DNA from: an uncultured Burkholderiales bacterium
GTDB taxonomy: Bacteria > Actinomycetota > Acidimicrobiia > IMCC26256 > JAGPDB01
Length of the DNA: 64,000 bases
NCBI GenBank assembly: GCA_964561855.1
Contig: CAZLQP010000005.1
Location: 1,153 to 65,152, forward strand
Direction: 5' to 3'
Below the pieces are notes generated by a model, which did not search any database, was not told the DNA's origin, and saw only the letters and a list, made by a program, of their open reading frames with translations. Positions 1 to 9,913 of this stretch are shown here, one piece after another (the first letter of the stretch is position 1; the number at the start of each line of letters is the position of its first letter). The position numbers and the translations under genes are program-made.

Positions 1-645
1 GCACAACGCTTTTACGCACAGGCTTGTTTGGATGCAGGTTGCGGATTCGTAAATGCTATTCCAGTATTCATATCTTCAGACCCTGAATTTGCTCGCAAGT
101 TCACCGAAGCGAAACTTCCAATTGTTGGTGACGACATTAAAAGCCAGGTTGGTGCAACAATCGTTCACCGTATTCTTGCTCGTTTAATGGAAGATCGTGG
201 AATGGTTTTAGATCGAACATATCAACTTAATGTTGGTGGAAACATGGACTTTAAGAACATGTTAGAACGAGATCGTTTAGAGTCTAAGAAAATTTCTAAG
301 ACACAAGCAGTAACTTCACAGCTAGAGAACGGAATTAATGCAAACGATGTACACATCGGTCCTTCTGATCACGTTGGCTGGTTAGACGACCGCAAATGGG
401 CTTACATTCGTTTAGAAGGTCGTAACTTCGGTGACGTTCCGTTAAATATTGAGCTAAAGCTCGAAGTTTGGGATTCACCAAACTCTGCAGGCGTTATTAT
501 CGATGCTCTTCGTTGTGCAAAAATCGCAATGGATAAAGGTATCGGTGGACCACTTGAAGGACCAAGTGCTTACTTTATGAAATCACCTGCAAAACAATTC
601 CATGATGATGTTGCTCACCAAATGGTAGAGGACTTCATCTCCTAA
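1..645 (+). CDS. ino1: myo-inositol-1-phosphate synthase (5'-truncated by window edge)
   Basis: Frame is open from base 1 ([21 protein letters not shown]); motifs [38 protein letters not shown] are typical of actinobacterial Ino1. Confidence 0.95.
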   Translation, partial: AQRFYAQACLDAGCGFVNAIPVFISSDPEFARKFTEAKLPIVGDDIKSQVGATIVHRILARLMEDRGMVLDRTYQLNVGGNMDFKNMLERDRLESKKISKTQAVTSQLENGINANDVHIGPSDHVGWLDDRKWAYIRLEGRNFGDVPLNIELKLEVWDSPNSAGVIIDALRCAKIAMDKGIGGPLEGPSAYFMKSPAKQFHDDVAHQMVEDFIS

Positions 646-652
646 ATACTTC

Positions 653-699
653 AGTTGGCGCGAAAAAGAATGCAATATGAATCTCTTTTCGCGCCAACT
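653..699. terminator. probable bidirectional intrinsic terminator
   Basis: Perfect 14-bp inverted repeat AGTTGGCGCGAAAA (653-666) / TTTTCGCGCCAACT (686-699) between convergent genes. Confidence 0.7.
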
Positions 700-711
700 C
701 GATAAAAAGGA

Positions 712-1626
712 TCAGATTCCGAGTTCTGGCCCTTCATAAATTTTTTGCTCGGGTGTGTTTAATTTTAAAATCTCGAATTTAAAGTCTGAATATTTTTCAG
801 CAAGCGCCTCAAATAACTCAGCTCTACCTATTTCAATCGCCCACTTTTGTGTGCCTGGAAAAGTAATATCTAACATCGCAGTTTGAGGTGGATAGACAGC
901 TTCAAAATATGTGCTCCAAAAATCTTTGGGTAATTCCCTTTCATAGTTGAGCACAGAAATAAGCGAGTACGGCACAAAATCGCTGTAGTCTGCCAACCCG
1001 AATTCAGGATTACGTTCGAAATTCTGCATCCTTCTTCTCTCAAAAACACTAACCTCACCATAGGTTGTAACAGCTAATAAAATCCCACCAAAAATTGCCA
1101 AGTCAGATCCATGTGCACGATCGACAAGATCTACAACTGGATCTGGCATATTCAAAAACGCTGAAATCAAAACTTCTTCGTTAGAAAACCAAAAGGTTGT
1201 AAGCTCGCTTTGTTCCATATCGCCTTTAGCGAAATCTGAATTAAGTGCACCCGCAATTGAAAACAAACCGACAACTTTTCTATAGATTGGTTCAAGTACA
1301 TCAATTGCCCAAGCGTTGTCATCGTCCATCTCTGCAAGCATCAGAACATCTTTAGCTTGTTGTCCGTAATCAGAGATGCGCAATGAAATTAACTCTGTAA
1401 TTACATTACGTTGCGTTTCACTAAAACTATGGCTTGATCTGTCTATAGGAAAATTGACCGAAAGACCAATAATGTTATTAAACAGACTAGTAATTTCTTT
1501 TGCTTTTAAAGGATGAAGATCAGCAACATTCCCTGAGACTCCATATTGAGATTCAATGTCGTTTTCAATCGACTTAAAAATTTCTCGAGAATGTTGATAG
1601 AGGTCTTGCGCCATTTTGCGGTACAT
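712..1626 (-). CDS. hypothetical protein (304 aa)
   Basis: Long ORF with SD-like AAGGGGG before ATG; no family recognised. Confidence 0.75.
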   Translation of the reverse strand: MYRKMAQDLYQHSREIFKSIENDIESQYGVSGNVADLHPLKAKEITSLFNNIIGLSVNFPIDRSSHSFSETQRNVITELISLRISDYGQQAKDVLMLAEMDDDNAWAIDVLEPIYRKVVGLFSIAGALNSDFAKGDMEQSELTTFWFSNEEVLISAFLNMPDPVVDLVDRAHGSDLAIFGGILLAVTTYGEVSVFERRRMQNFERNPEFGLADYSDFVPYSLISVLNYERELPKDFWSTYFEAVYPPQTAMLDITFPGTQKWAIEIGRAELFEALAEKYSDFKFEILKLNTPEQKIYEGPELGI

Positions 1627-1680
1627 GAATCCCCCTTTGAAGAGAAATCATATACCGCTTATGGCTTTAAGCACAATTAT

Positions 1681-4230
1681 TTATTGAAAGTCATCTGATA
1701 CAACAACTTTTAGTTTGTTTTTAGCAGTCGATGCTGAAATCTGGCTTTTTTCGAGTACAACTGCAGTTATGATCAAAGTTATTGCTCCCGCACCAATCCA
1801 TGCCCAGATTGGAACTGCACTTGCGACTCTAAATATTTCTCTGAGTATAAATACCACAAGGAATAAAGTTCCTAAAACCATCGGTGCTGCAAGTTTTCGC
1901 CAAGCACCAATTGCTATCGCAGCGACAGCTACTACTCCACCAATAAGCGAGTAAATGCTCTCTCCTGATTGAAACGAGTCGCTTAAAACTGCAACTTGAA
2001 ACAATACAATCGGCAAAGCATATGCACTCCAAGAGTTTGGAACCTTTCCTGTGCTTCGATCTTGTCCAGGAAATATTTTTCGTGAATACATTCCTAGTGC
2101 GATAAGCCCTATAGAAATCGGTGCAGCATAAGCTAGTAACAATGTAACTTCTTCGACTATCAACGTTATCCAAAGCCCCATAATCGAGCTTGCAACTCCA
2201 AATGGGATCAATATCGCTCTATTTCTTGCAATACCAATTGCGATTAATATCAAACCAAAGATAAACAGACTTTGACCTAACGAACTTAAGTCATTGAAAG
2301 ATTCAAAGAATCCGAAAATTCCAAACAGCGAAGAATTGACTATGAATCCAGTTGTTGCATATCCGTTGTATGTTGCGCCAAGTAGAGACAAAGAAGCAAT
2401 GACAACAAAAATTGGAGCAACACTAGATTCGAGATTGAATGCGTGTCCAAAAGAGTAAACTCCAGCAATTAATGTAGGAGCAACAAGCATCATTGGTAGT
2501 GACTCTTGTCGTCTCCATGTACCGAACACTCCTGTTAGAGCAACAGTGAATGCAAAAATCACAGCTGGAATATATTCATTGGAGAATCCTATAAACCAAG
2601 TAGAAACATAGCTGAGGATCATTAATACTCTTGCGGGTCTTAAAAACTTAATGCCTGAATTAGTTGTGAAAAGATAACCTGTACCTACGCCTAGAAGCTC
2701 AAAGATTTCTGTGACTACTAATCCAATTAAGAAGATGAAGCTAATTCGTATCAAGTCGAAATTGTCGATGTTCGCTGGAAAAAAGTATTCTAACGAACCA
2801 AATGTAAATGCCAACAGCACAATTGCCGTTGCGCATGAAGCTAGCCAGAAAATATCTTCTCTTGTTCTTCTTATTACATAGAGTCCATAAACCAATGCAA
2901 CGAAGAATCCAATGAATGCTATGAATCTGACAATGTTGTATGTATTTTCTGAAAGAGATACATAAGTTGCAATTAACGTAAGTGGAGATAAAACTGCAAC
3001 AAGATAGTTTTTCTTCAAAACTATACAAGCAAGAGATACCACAGTTGCTGCTATCAACATTCTTACTTCGCGTTGTGATGTATCTATCAGCTGGGTGAGA
3101 TCTAAAAAAGCACCGACTCCGAACATCCCTAAGAATCCTAAGAAGAAATCCTGGATTGTATTTTTTCCATTTAGCCTTACACCTATGCCAACACAGATCA
3201 TAAGTAGCAAGCCAATCGCTGGTCTAAGTTCAAAAAAAGCAACACTATTGTCATAGTTATCTAACAAAAATTCCATGTATCGCAGTGAAATAATCAAAGC
3301 TACATAACCTTGAACAATTAACACCGTTGCGTTGAATCCATTATTAATTACTCGCATGTTATTTTTGAAGAAGTCATCATCTTTCAAGAAGAACAAGAGC
3401 GCTTGAATTATCAACAAAATGACAGGAATCACAAGATAGAAATCATTAACGCCGAAGTTCTCATCTAATAGTGAAAGCAGTGCATAAGGAAGCACTACTG
3501 CTGGTATCAATGAAAGAATTCGAAGACTCTTTTGTGTACGAGCATTTAGAACTGTTGCGACCAACAAACCGAGAGCAACAATGATTGAATAATACCAATC
3601 TACATCTCTACCCAACCCAAATCCTGCAACTACCTCTTTCCCAACTTCCATATAAGGCTGAAAAATAGCAATTGCCGGCGAGAACCCAACAATTATTAAA
3701 GTTGCTATAGAAGCTTTAGTTAGTTTGGGTATGAGTGACAATGCGATAACTACTGGAAGCATATAGATGGCTGCTGGTACAGAGCCTAAAGGTGTTGCTT
3801 CCAAAGAAGCCAAGCCCAATGCAATCATAACTGTTGACAGAATTGCAGCAGAAAGAAAAATTGGAGACTTGATGAATTTGGATGCAACATAAAACAAAAC
3901 AACGCTAAAAATACCTTCAAAGATTAAAAATGGCCGCCACTCGAAAAATCCTTCCATGTTTATCGAAAGCAAAACAATAGGCGTCATAAAGATTGACAGA
4001 TGGGTAAAAATGCTCCCCATTACAGGTAATGATTTTGCTAGCCATTGCCCCATACCGAAACATACAGCAGTAATTAACGCAATGATTCCAAATTTCAACG
4101 CATTATCAAAAGTCTGCCATTGAGACCATACGAAGATAGTCGCACTTAGAATTAACAGAGTTGAACCTGTAACTCCGAGCCAAGCGACTGCTTTGCTCTG
4201 AGGATTTTGATTGTTTGTTTGTGTTTCCAT
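1681..4230 (-). CDS. large polytopic membrane protein (DUF2157-like N-terminus, SCO7613-like C-terminal domain)
   Basis: Many hydrophobic helices; N-terminal GSTLLILSATIFVWSQW and C-terminal GAWRKLAAPMVLG...VPIWAWIGAGAITL pattern; start taken at METQT. Confidence 0.75.
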   Translation of the reverse strand: METQTNNQNPQSKAVAWLGVTGSTLLILSATIFVWSQWQTFDNALKFGIIALITAVCFGMGQWLAKSLPVMGSIFTHLSIFMTPIVLLSINMEGFFEWRPFLIFEGIFSVVLFYVASKFIKSPIFLSAAILSTVMIALGLASLEATPLGSVPAAIYMLPVVIALSLIPKLTKASIATLIIVGFSPAIAIFQPYMEVGKEVVAGFGLGRDVDWYYSIIVALGLLVATVLNARTQKSLRILSLIPAVVLPYALLSLLDENFGVNDFYLVIPVILLIIQALLFFLKDDDFFKNNMRVINNGFNATVLIVQGYVALIISLRYMEFLLDNYDNSVAFFELRPAIGLLLMICVGIGVRLNGKNTIQDFFLGFLGMFGVGAFLDLTQLIDTSQREVRMLIAATVVSLACIVLKKNYLVAVLSPLTLIATYVSLSENTYNIVRFIAFIGFFVALVYGLYVIRRTREDIFWLASCATAIVLLAFTFGSLEYFFPANIDNFDLIRISFIFLIGLVVTEIFELLGVGTGYLFTTNSGIKFLRPARVLMILSYVSTWFIGFSNEYIPAVIFAFTVALTGVFGTWRRQESLPMMLVAPTLIAGVYSFGHAFNLESSVAPIFVVIASLSLLGATYNGYATTGFIVNSSLFGIFGFFESFNDLSSLGQSLFIFGLILIAIGIARNRAILIPFGVASSIMGLWITLIVEEVTLLLAYAAPISIGLIALGMYSRKIFPGQDRSTGKVPNSWSAYALPIVLFQVAVLSDSFQSGESIYSLIGGVVAVAAIAIGAWRKLAAPMVLGTLFLVVFILREIFRVASAVPIWAWIGAGAITLIITAVVLEKSQISASTAKNKLKVVVSDDFQ

Positions 4231-4330
4231 GACCCAATTGTTACACCTAGTCAACTTACAAACAATGCTTTTGCGCTCCCAAAAGTTTGTAGGGGGTCCC
4301 CATTTTCAATTTAATACGCAAGATATGTCT

Positions 4331-4972
4331 CTATTCGTCGAGATTATTTTGCTCGATATAGTTCATTAGCTCGTCTCGCCCCTTTAGATGGAGCTTAGAC
4401 ATTATATTTCTTGTGTGGTTTTCAACTGTTTTTGCAGAGATAAACAACTCTTCGCCTATCGCTTTATATGTCATTCCCCTAGCAATGAAACGTAATACTT
4501 CTTTTTCTCTATCTGATAGCGCTGAATTAGGAGCTTGTTGTGTCTCTGATTTTGACATTCTACGAAACTCAGTTAACACACAAGCGGCAAGATGTGGAGT
4601 AAATGCAGGAACACCATGATGCACATTTATAATTGCATCAATGAGCTCTTGGGCAGTTGCGGTTTTTAAGATATATCCCATGGCTCCAAGTGAAACTACA
4701 TCGAGTAAATCCCGTTCGTGATCTGAAGCAGTAAGAATCAATACTGGAGTATCTTTGGAACATTGTTTCACAACATACTTTCCGCCTCCTCGATCCATAT
4801 TTAAATCTGAAACAATTACATCAGGATTAGTCTTACGAGCAAGCTCTGTAGCTTCGAACGCGTCGCTAGCTTTGGCAACAATATCAAAATGCTCTTGTAA
4901 ATCTTTTTCGATTCCAGATATCCAAAGTGGATGGTCATCCGCAAGAAGAATTTTTAACTTCTCTTCAGACAT
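4331..4972 (-). CDS. NarL/LuxR-family response regulator (MacR-like)
   Basis: Receiver ADDHPLW...DVIVSDLNM...GYILK; C-terminal LSDREKEVLRFIARGMTYKAIGEELFISAKTVENH helix-turn-helix. Confidence 0.93.
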   Translation of the reverse strand: MSEEKLKILLADDHPLWISGIEKDLQEHFDIVAKASDAFEATELARKTNPDVIVSDLNMDRGGGKYVVKQCSKDTPVLILTASDHERDLLDVVSLGAMGYILKTATAQELIDAIINVHHGVPAFTPHLAACVLTEFRRMSKSETQQAPNSALSDREKEVLRFIARGMTYKAIGEELFISAKTVENHTRNIMSKLHLKGRDELMNYIEQNNLDE

Positions 4973-6080
4973 CTGATCTCACTTCCAAAGCAGGAACTAT
5001 TAGCTCAACATTTGTACCCTGTGCAGTTGAAGATATTTTCACTGAACCACCAACTTCATCAATACGCGAAATTATTGATGACTTAATGCCGTGTTGCTTA
5101 TCGCCAGAAATAGCTTTATCGACATCGAATCCTTTTCCATCATCTCGAACATTGAGGCTCAAGTAATCATCAACAGGTTCAACATATATTGAACACGTCT
5201 TTGCATCTGCATGTTTAACAATGTTCATTAACACTTCGTTTAACGTACCAGAAATTGCTTTTAAAACCTCTTTGGAAACCATTGGAGAATCAGGGGCGAT
5301 AACAATAGAAATGTCTATATCTTCTTTCTTGAACTTTAAAGTCGCATCCTTTATAACGTCGTGAATATTGAGAACTTCTTTGGTTACATTCGCTTGATGT
5401 TTGAATAAAAACTCTCGCAATTCCGACTCTTGTTTTTCAGCAAGCTCTACGATTTCTTTCTCTTTTGATCTCTTTTTGATTATTACAAGTGTCTGAAGTA
5501 CTCCGTCGTGCAATGTGCGAGCAATTGAGTCCCTCGCACGAGCTTCGGATAACTCTCCTCCAATTCTTCTAACGACTGAAACAACTCCACCTACTAAAGC
5601 ACCTGCAATTGCATAAGTAAATGCGGTCGATAGTATTGAAAGGATAAAATCAACACTAGATAGATCAACTGTATTTATCGCGCCAGCAAGATATCGTGCA
5701 GCCCCGATTGTTACTCCTGCAACTATCCCGCCCCACATGCCAAATGCGACACCGCACATCAACACACTTACTAAGACGAAATGTGATGCAAAAGCCAGTG
5801 TATTTGCAGAGGTTCCGCTTTGGTAAAGGTACCCGCCTAAGACGGTAATGGTAATGGCAAAACTGAACTCGAAAAGCACAATTCCAGGGCGCAGCAGAAT
5901 TGCTAGGTCAGTCCTTGAAAGATAAAAAATTAGAACAGAAAAAATAATCACAGAACTTATTGCCAAAATTGCAAAAGACTTCTCTTCGATTTTGTCAAAT
6001 GTGACTACAACAATCCCAAGAGCCCAAAAAGCTGTAACTAACCGATACCAGCACAGCCCTCGAATGATTCCGTATTCCAC
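4965..6080 (-). CDS. membrane sensor histidine kinase, HisKA_3/NarX type (MacS-like)
   Basis: Several N-terminal TM helices; H-box IARTLHDGVLQTL; N-box EVLMNIVKHA; G-boxes VRDDGKGF, HGIKSSI; overlaps regulator start. Confidence 0.92.
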   Translation of the reverse strand: MEYGIIRGLCWYRLVTAFWALGIVVVTFDKIEEKSFAILAISSVIIFSVLIFYLSRTDLAILLRPGIVLFEFSFAITITVLGGYLYQSGTSANTLAFASHFVLVSVLMCGVAFGMWGGIVAGVTIGAARYLAGAINTVDLSSVDFILSILSTAFTYAIAGALVGGVVSVVRRIGGELSEARARDSIARTLHDGVLQTLVIIKKRSKEKEIVELAEKQESELREFLFKHQANVTKEVLNIHDVIKDATLKFKKEDIDISIVIAPDSPMVSKEVLKAISGTLNEVLMNIVKHADAKTCSIYVEPVDDYLSLNVRDDGKGFDVDKAISGDKQHGIKSSIISRIDEVGGSVKISSTAQGTNVELIVPALEVRSDV

Positions 6081-6153
6081 AGATTGCCAATTCTAGTGTC
6101 TAATTTGTTGTTGCATTTGCGTTTAGTACCTTTCTTCGGCTTACATTATTTGT

Positions 6154-6840
6154 ATGACAACCTCGTTACAACATGCAATTGAGTACGGTTTTGGAGTTAC
6201 TGACTCAAATATTCGACTTATTAATTCTCTGGATTCAAAAAGGGTTTTGATTTTAGGAGCAGGTGAACTCCTAACTCCGGTGACAATGAACCTAGCTGGA
6301 GCTCATGTGATAGTCGTCGATCCTTCTTTAGAACGTATCAATATGACACAACAATTGGCTCAAGAAAACCAGGCTCGAATTGAAGCACATCAAGGAGACT
6401 TTGCAGATCTCGCGTTTCTTAGAGCTGATTCGATAGATATGGTATTTTCCCCTCTTGTTTTAGATGAAGTCGAGGATCTCGATCGAGTAGTTAGACAAAG
6501 TCAGAGGGTTCTAAGAACTGGTGGAAACTTTATCGCTTCTTTCGAACATCCTTTAGCCAGAATGGTTGAACGCGATGATATTCCTAGCGCTCCAGGAACT
6601 CTTCCTTTAGGCACCCCAAGAATCACTAGAAGCTTTTTTGATGATACAGATTATGAAACCATAAGAAATTCTCAGAGAGTTTCAGTTTATCCTCGCACTA
6701 TCTCACATATTCACGAACTTTTCATGCGTCACGGATTCAAAGTTGATTCAATAAGCGAGCCGAGACCGCAAGAGAATCATGAGCCTGTTGTAATGGTTCC
6801 ACCTGTAGTCATTTTTAGAGGCAAAAAAGAAGGCCTATAG
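6154..6840 (+). CDS. class I SAM-dependent methyltransferase
   Basis: VLILGAGE motif I, VIVVDPS, QGDFADL, SIDMVFS, LRTGGNF. Confidence 0.8.
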   Translation: MTTSLQHAIEYGFGVTDSNIRLINSLDSKRVLILGAGELLTPVTMNLAGAHVIVVDPSLERINMTQQLAQENQARIEAHQGDFADLAFLRADSIDMVFSPLVLDEVEDLDRVVRQSQRVLRTGGNFIASFEHPLARMVERDDIPSAPGTLPLGTPRITRSFFDDTDYETIRNSQRVSVYPRTISHIHELFMRHGFKVDSISEPRPQENHEPVVMVPPVVIFRGKKEGL

Positions 6841-8214
6841 ATTCTCTTTCGCCCATTGATCCAAAACTCTATAAGCTTCAATTTGATCAATAGGTCCATT
6901 TTCTAATCTGTGTTCTAATAAGAAATCTAAAGCGAGCCCAACTTCTCTAGATGGTTTCAAAGACAAATGTTGCATTACCTGAGCTCCATCTAAATGTGGT
7001 TTAATTTTGTTCAGTTCTTCTTGTTTTCTGAGCTCTGCGATTCTATTTTCGAGTTCATCCATCCTGTTTGCTAGTTCTTCTGCGCGCCTTTTGTTTCTAG
7101 TTGTGCAATCACAACGCTGCAGATGATTTAGATCATCTAAGGTTTCGCCTGCATCGCGAACATATCGCCTTACAGCAGAATCGCTCCAGCCCATCTGATA
7201 TGTATGAACTCTTAAATGTAAAAACACCAATTTCGATACGTAATCAGTAATCTCTTTAGAAAAACGTAGTGCCTTCATGCGTTTTCTTGCCATTTTCGCG
7301 CCAACGACTTCATGATGATGAAAAGTCACACCGTGTTCTCCTATAGCGCGCGTTGCAGGTTTAGCAATATCATGAAGCAATGCAGCCAATCGAACTTCTA
7401 GCTTCGGTTTTGTATTAGCTACAACTGCAATTGTATGCACTAGTACATCTTTGTGAGTATGAATCGGGTCTTGTTCTAATTGCATTGCATTAAGTTCTGG
7501 CATGAATTCATCTGAAAGTCCAGTCTCAGTTAAGAAATACAGCCCATTACTAGGATCATCTACAACCAATAATTTACAGAGCTCATCTCTGATTCTTTCT
7601 GCACTTACTATTGATAACCTATTTTTCATTTTCGAAACGGCATTTAAAATTGAATCATCTGGAATGACAGAAAATCTCGCAATGAATCTTGCTGCTCTCA
7701 TCATCCTCAATGGATCATCTGAAAATGAAAGCTCAGGTTCTAATGGAGTCTTTAGTTTTTTATCCATTAAGTCAGCTAAACCATTAAAAGGATCAATCAA
7801 TTCTGCATTAGGTAAAGAAAAAGCCATTGCATTAATCGTAAAATCGCGCCTTGAAAGATCTGTTTGCAGATCATCTCCGAATTGCACTGTAGGCTTACGA
7901 GATTCTTGAACGTAAATTTCTTGCCGATAAGTTGTGATCTCAAAATCGGTTTCTTGATATCTCAATCCTATAGTTCCGAAACTTTCGCCTTGCTTCCAAA
8001 GGTGTTGAGCAATTGGCTCAACAATTTCAACAATTTCATCAGGTCGAGCATTCGTTGCTATATCAAAATCAGCAATCTCATTACCTAATAAAGCATCTCT
8101 AACACTTCCCCCAACTAGGTGAAACTCAAAACCTTTATCCGCAAAAAGCTGCGAGAGCTTATATACGCTTGAATTTGTGTCTGTAAAGGCAGAAAAATTT
8201 TGTTGTGCATTCAT
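6835..8214 (-). CDS. cca: CCA tRNA nucleotidyltransferase with HD domain
   Basis: VGGSVRDALLG, DFDIAT, DLSRRDFTINAMA, DDPLRMMRAARF, LLHDIAKP; start taken at MNAQQ. Confidence 0.95.
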   Translation of the reverse strand: MNAQQNFSAFTDTNSSVYKLSQLFADKGFEFHLVGGSVRDALLGNEIADFDIATNARPDEIVEIVEPIAQHLWKQGESFGTIGLRYQETDFEITTYRQEIYVQESRKPTVQFGDDLQTDLSRRDFTINAMAFSLPNAELIDPFNGLADLMDKKLKTPLEPELSFSDDPLRMMRAARFIARFSVIPDDSILNAVSKMKNRLSIVSAERIRDELCKLLVVDDPSNGLYFLTETGLSDEFMPELNAMQLEQDPIHTHKDVLVHTIAVVANTKPKLEVRLAALLHDIAKPATRAIGEHGVTFHHHEVVGAKMARKRMKALRFSKEITDYVSKLVFLHLRVHTYQMGWSDSAVRRYVRDAGETLDDLNHLQRCDCTTRNKRRAEELANRMDELENRIAELRKQEELNKIKPHLDGAQVMQHLSLKPSREVGLALDFLLEHRLENGPIDQIEAYRVLDQWAKENL

Positions 8215-8240
8215 ATAGTTTCTAATGGCCCTAGTTAAAG

Positions 8241-8270
8241 TTATCCACAAAGATTAGTAAATTATCCCCA
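8241..8270 (+). promoter_or_regulatory. pair of DnaA boxes in the cca / vWA divergent intergenic region
   Basis: TTATCCACA (8241-8249, perfect) and TTATCCCCA (8262-8270, 1 mismatch). Confidence 0.55.
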
Positions 8271-8435
8271 GGATTGAGCAATACAAATCACCAAAAAACG
8301 CACAAAGCGCATTGTCGATAAAATTAAGGCTTTTTTGACAATCGCTATTAAAAATATGTTACCTAATAGTAAAAAAATCGCTTATAAAAACTGCATTATG
8401 GGTCGAAAGGACTATATCGGGAGAAAGAGGAACAG

Positions 8436-9860
8436 ATGAGTGAGATGATGAAACATCGAAGATATCCACAAGCATTTGTTGGTCTATTTCTATGTCTAGC
8501 TTTAATAGCTTCTCTAGCGTTTACTGGAGATGATCAAGTCTCTAACCCTCAAAACATTAAACCAGCATCCGGATTTGTACAACAAGCTTCTGGAACCAAC
8601 ACCCCAAATCCTGAACTCCCCGAAGCTGTATGTGAAAATCTTCAAGTAGTAGTTCTTTTAGACAGAAGTGGATCTGTCGTGAACCAAGGTACATCTACTG
8701 TCCAAAAGTATCGTGATCAAACTAAGAAAATCTGGAGTACATTAAACCAAGTTTCACTTACCTATGAAGGATTTACTAGCGGAACTCTCTGGGCGTTTGC
8801 CGGAAGAACTGCAAATCAAATGCCACTTTTGCAAAACAGCGACAATAACGGCGATGGGATAATCGACGAACAAGACCTAAACCTCGGAAATTCAAGAGTA
8901 TTGAACAAATTCAACGAGATGACACAAAATATACATTTCTCAAGTAATGGAAACCCCGAACATCCAAGTACACAACCATTTTCTATGGGATACAATCCAA
9001 ACAAAGAAGATAGAAGATACTTCACAAGAATCCAATTCACAAACTGGCACGAAGCATTCTTGATGGCACAAGATACAGTTACTTCAACAAATACTGATCC
9101 AAATAAACCAAACCATTCGATTGTATTAATGATCACAGACGGAGTCCCTACAGTAAATGATGGTCCAAATCACCGTTGGGACAACTTTGCACGAAGAGCA
9201 AATATCGATGAACAACACGATGGAAGTCAATATACCTCAAACCACGCCACTAGGACACGAGAAGTAGTAAATGCTTTACGTCAAGGTCACGATGTCAGAA
9301 ACTCCAACAACACTTACGATCCGGTTCAGGTATATGGAATCCTTATCGGAGGAGGATCCTTTGGAGCTAGCAAAATGTCGACCGCATTTGGCGAGGGCAA
9401 CTGGTTCCAGTCACAAGATTTTGACTCCACTATTGGTACACATATCCTAAATGTCGTAGCTAATTCCTGCCCTCCAGCAGCAACACTTGTACCAGAGCTA
9501 CAAGCCGAGTTACTTAATCCAATTTCAACAGCGCTTGAGGGCGACAACATAACATTCACTGTCGACGTGACTAATACCGGAACTGCAGCGCTTGATAATG
9601 TCTCTCTAGCAGGTGGAAGTGTCAGCGCTGTTTATGACAACGAGGACTACTCGAATGAAGGAATATTGTCTCCTGGACAAAAACGTCGATTTATTGTTTC
9701 ATATACAGTAGGAGCAGGTCTTGAACAAGTTAACTTAAACTTAGGTTATTCAGCAGACGTTGCAGATGACCATTCACTCTTGCTACCAGGATCTCCAACT
9801 TCAATAAGTGGCGAGATCTCCACAAGTTTTTCTGTTCAACTGATACCACGACCGGTTTAA
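8436..9860 (+). CDS. exported von Willebrand factor A domain protein with C-terminal Ig-like (DUF11/DUF7507-like) domain
   Basis: N-terminal signal/TM; MIDAS LLDRSGS, TNWHEAF, MITDGVP; EF-hand-like DNNGDGIIDEQD; C-terminal TFTVDVTNTGTAALDNVSL. Confidence 0.8.
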   Translation: MSEMMKHRRYPQAFVGLFLCLALIASLAFTGDDQVSNPQNIKPASGFVQQASGTNTPNPELPEAVCENLQVVVLLDRSGSVVNQGTSTVQKYRDQTKKIWSTLNQVSLTYEGFTSGTLWAFAGRTANQMPLLQNSDNNGDGIIDEQDLNLGNSRVLNKFNEMTQNIHFSSNGNPEHPSTQPFSMGYNPNKEDRRYFTRIQFTNWHEAFLMAQDTVTSTNTDPNKPNHSIVLMITDGVPTVNDGPNHRWDNFARRANIDEQHDGSQYTSNHATRTREVVNALRQGHDVRNSNNTYDPVQVYGILIGGGSFGASKMSTAFGEGNWFQSQDFDSTIGTHILNVVANSCPPAATLVPELQAELLNPISTALEGDNITFTVDVTNTGTAALDNVSLAGGSVSAVYDNEDYSNEGILSPGQKRRFIVSYTVGAGLEQVNLNLGYSADVADDHSLLLPGSPTSISGEISTSFSVQLIPRPV

Positions 9861-9913
9861 TTTAATACCCACGTATAACATTATTGCAACAAATGCGCCT
9901 AATCTATTAGGCG

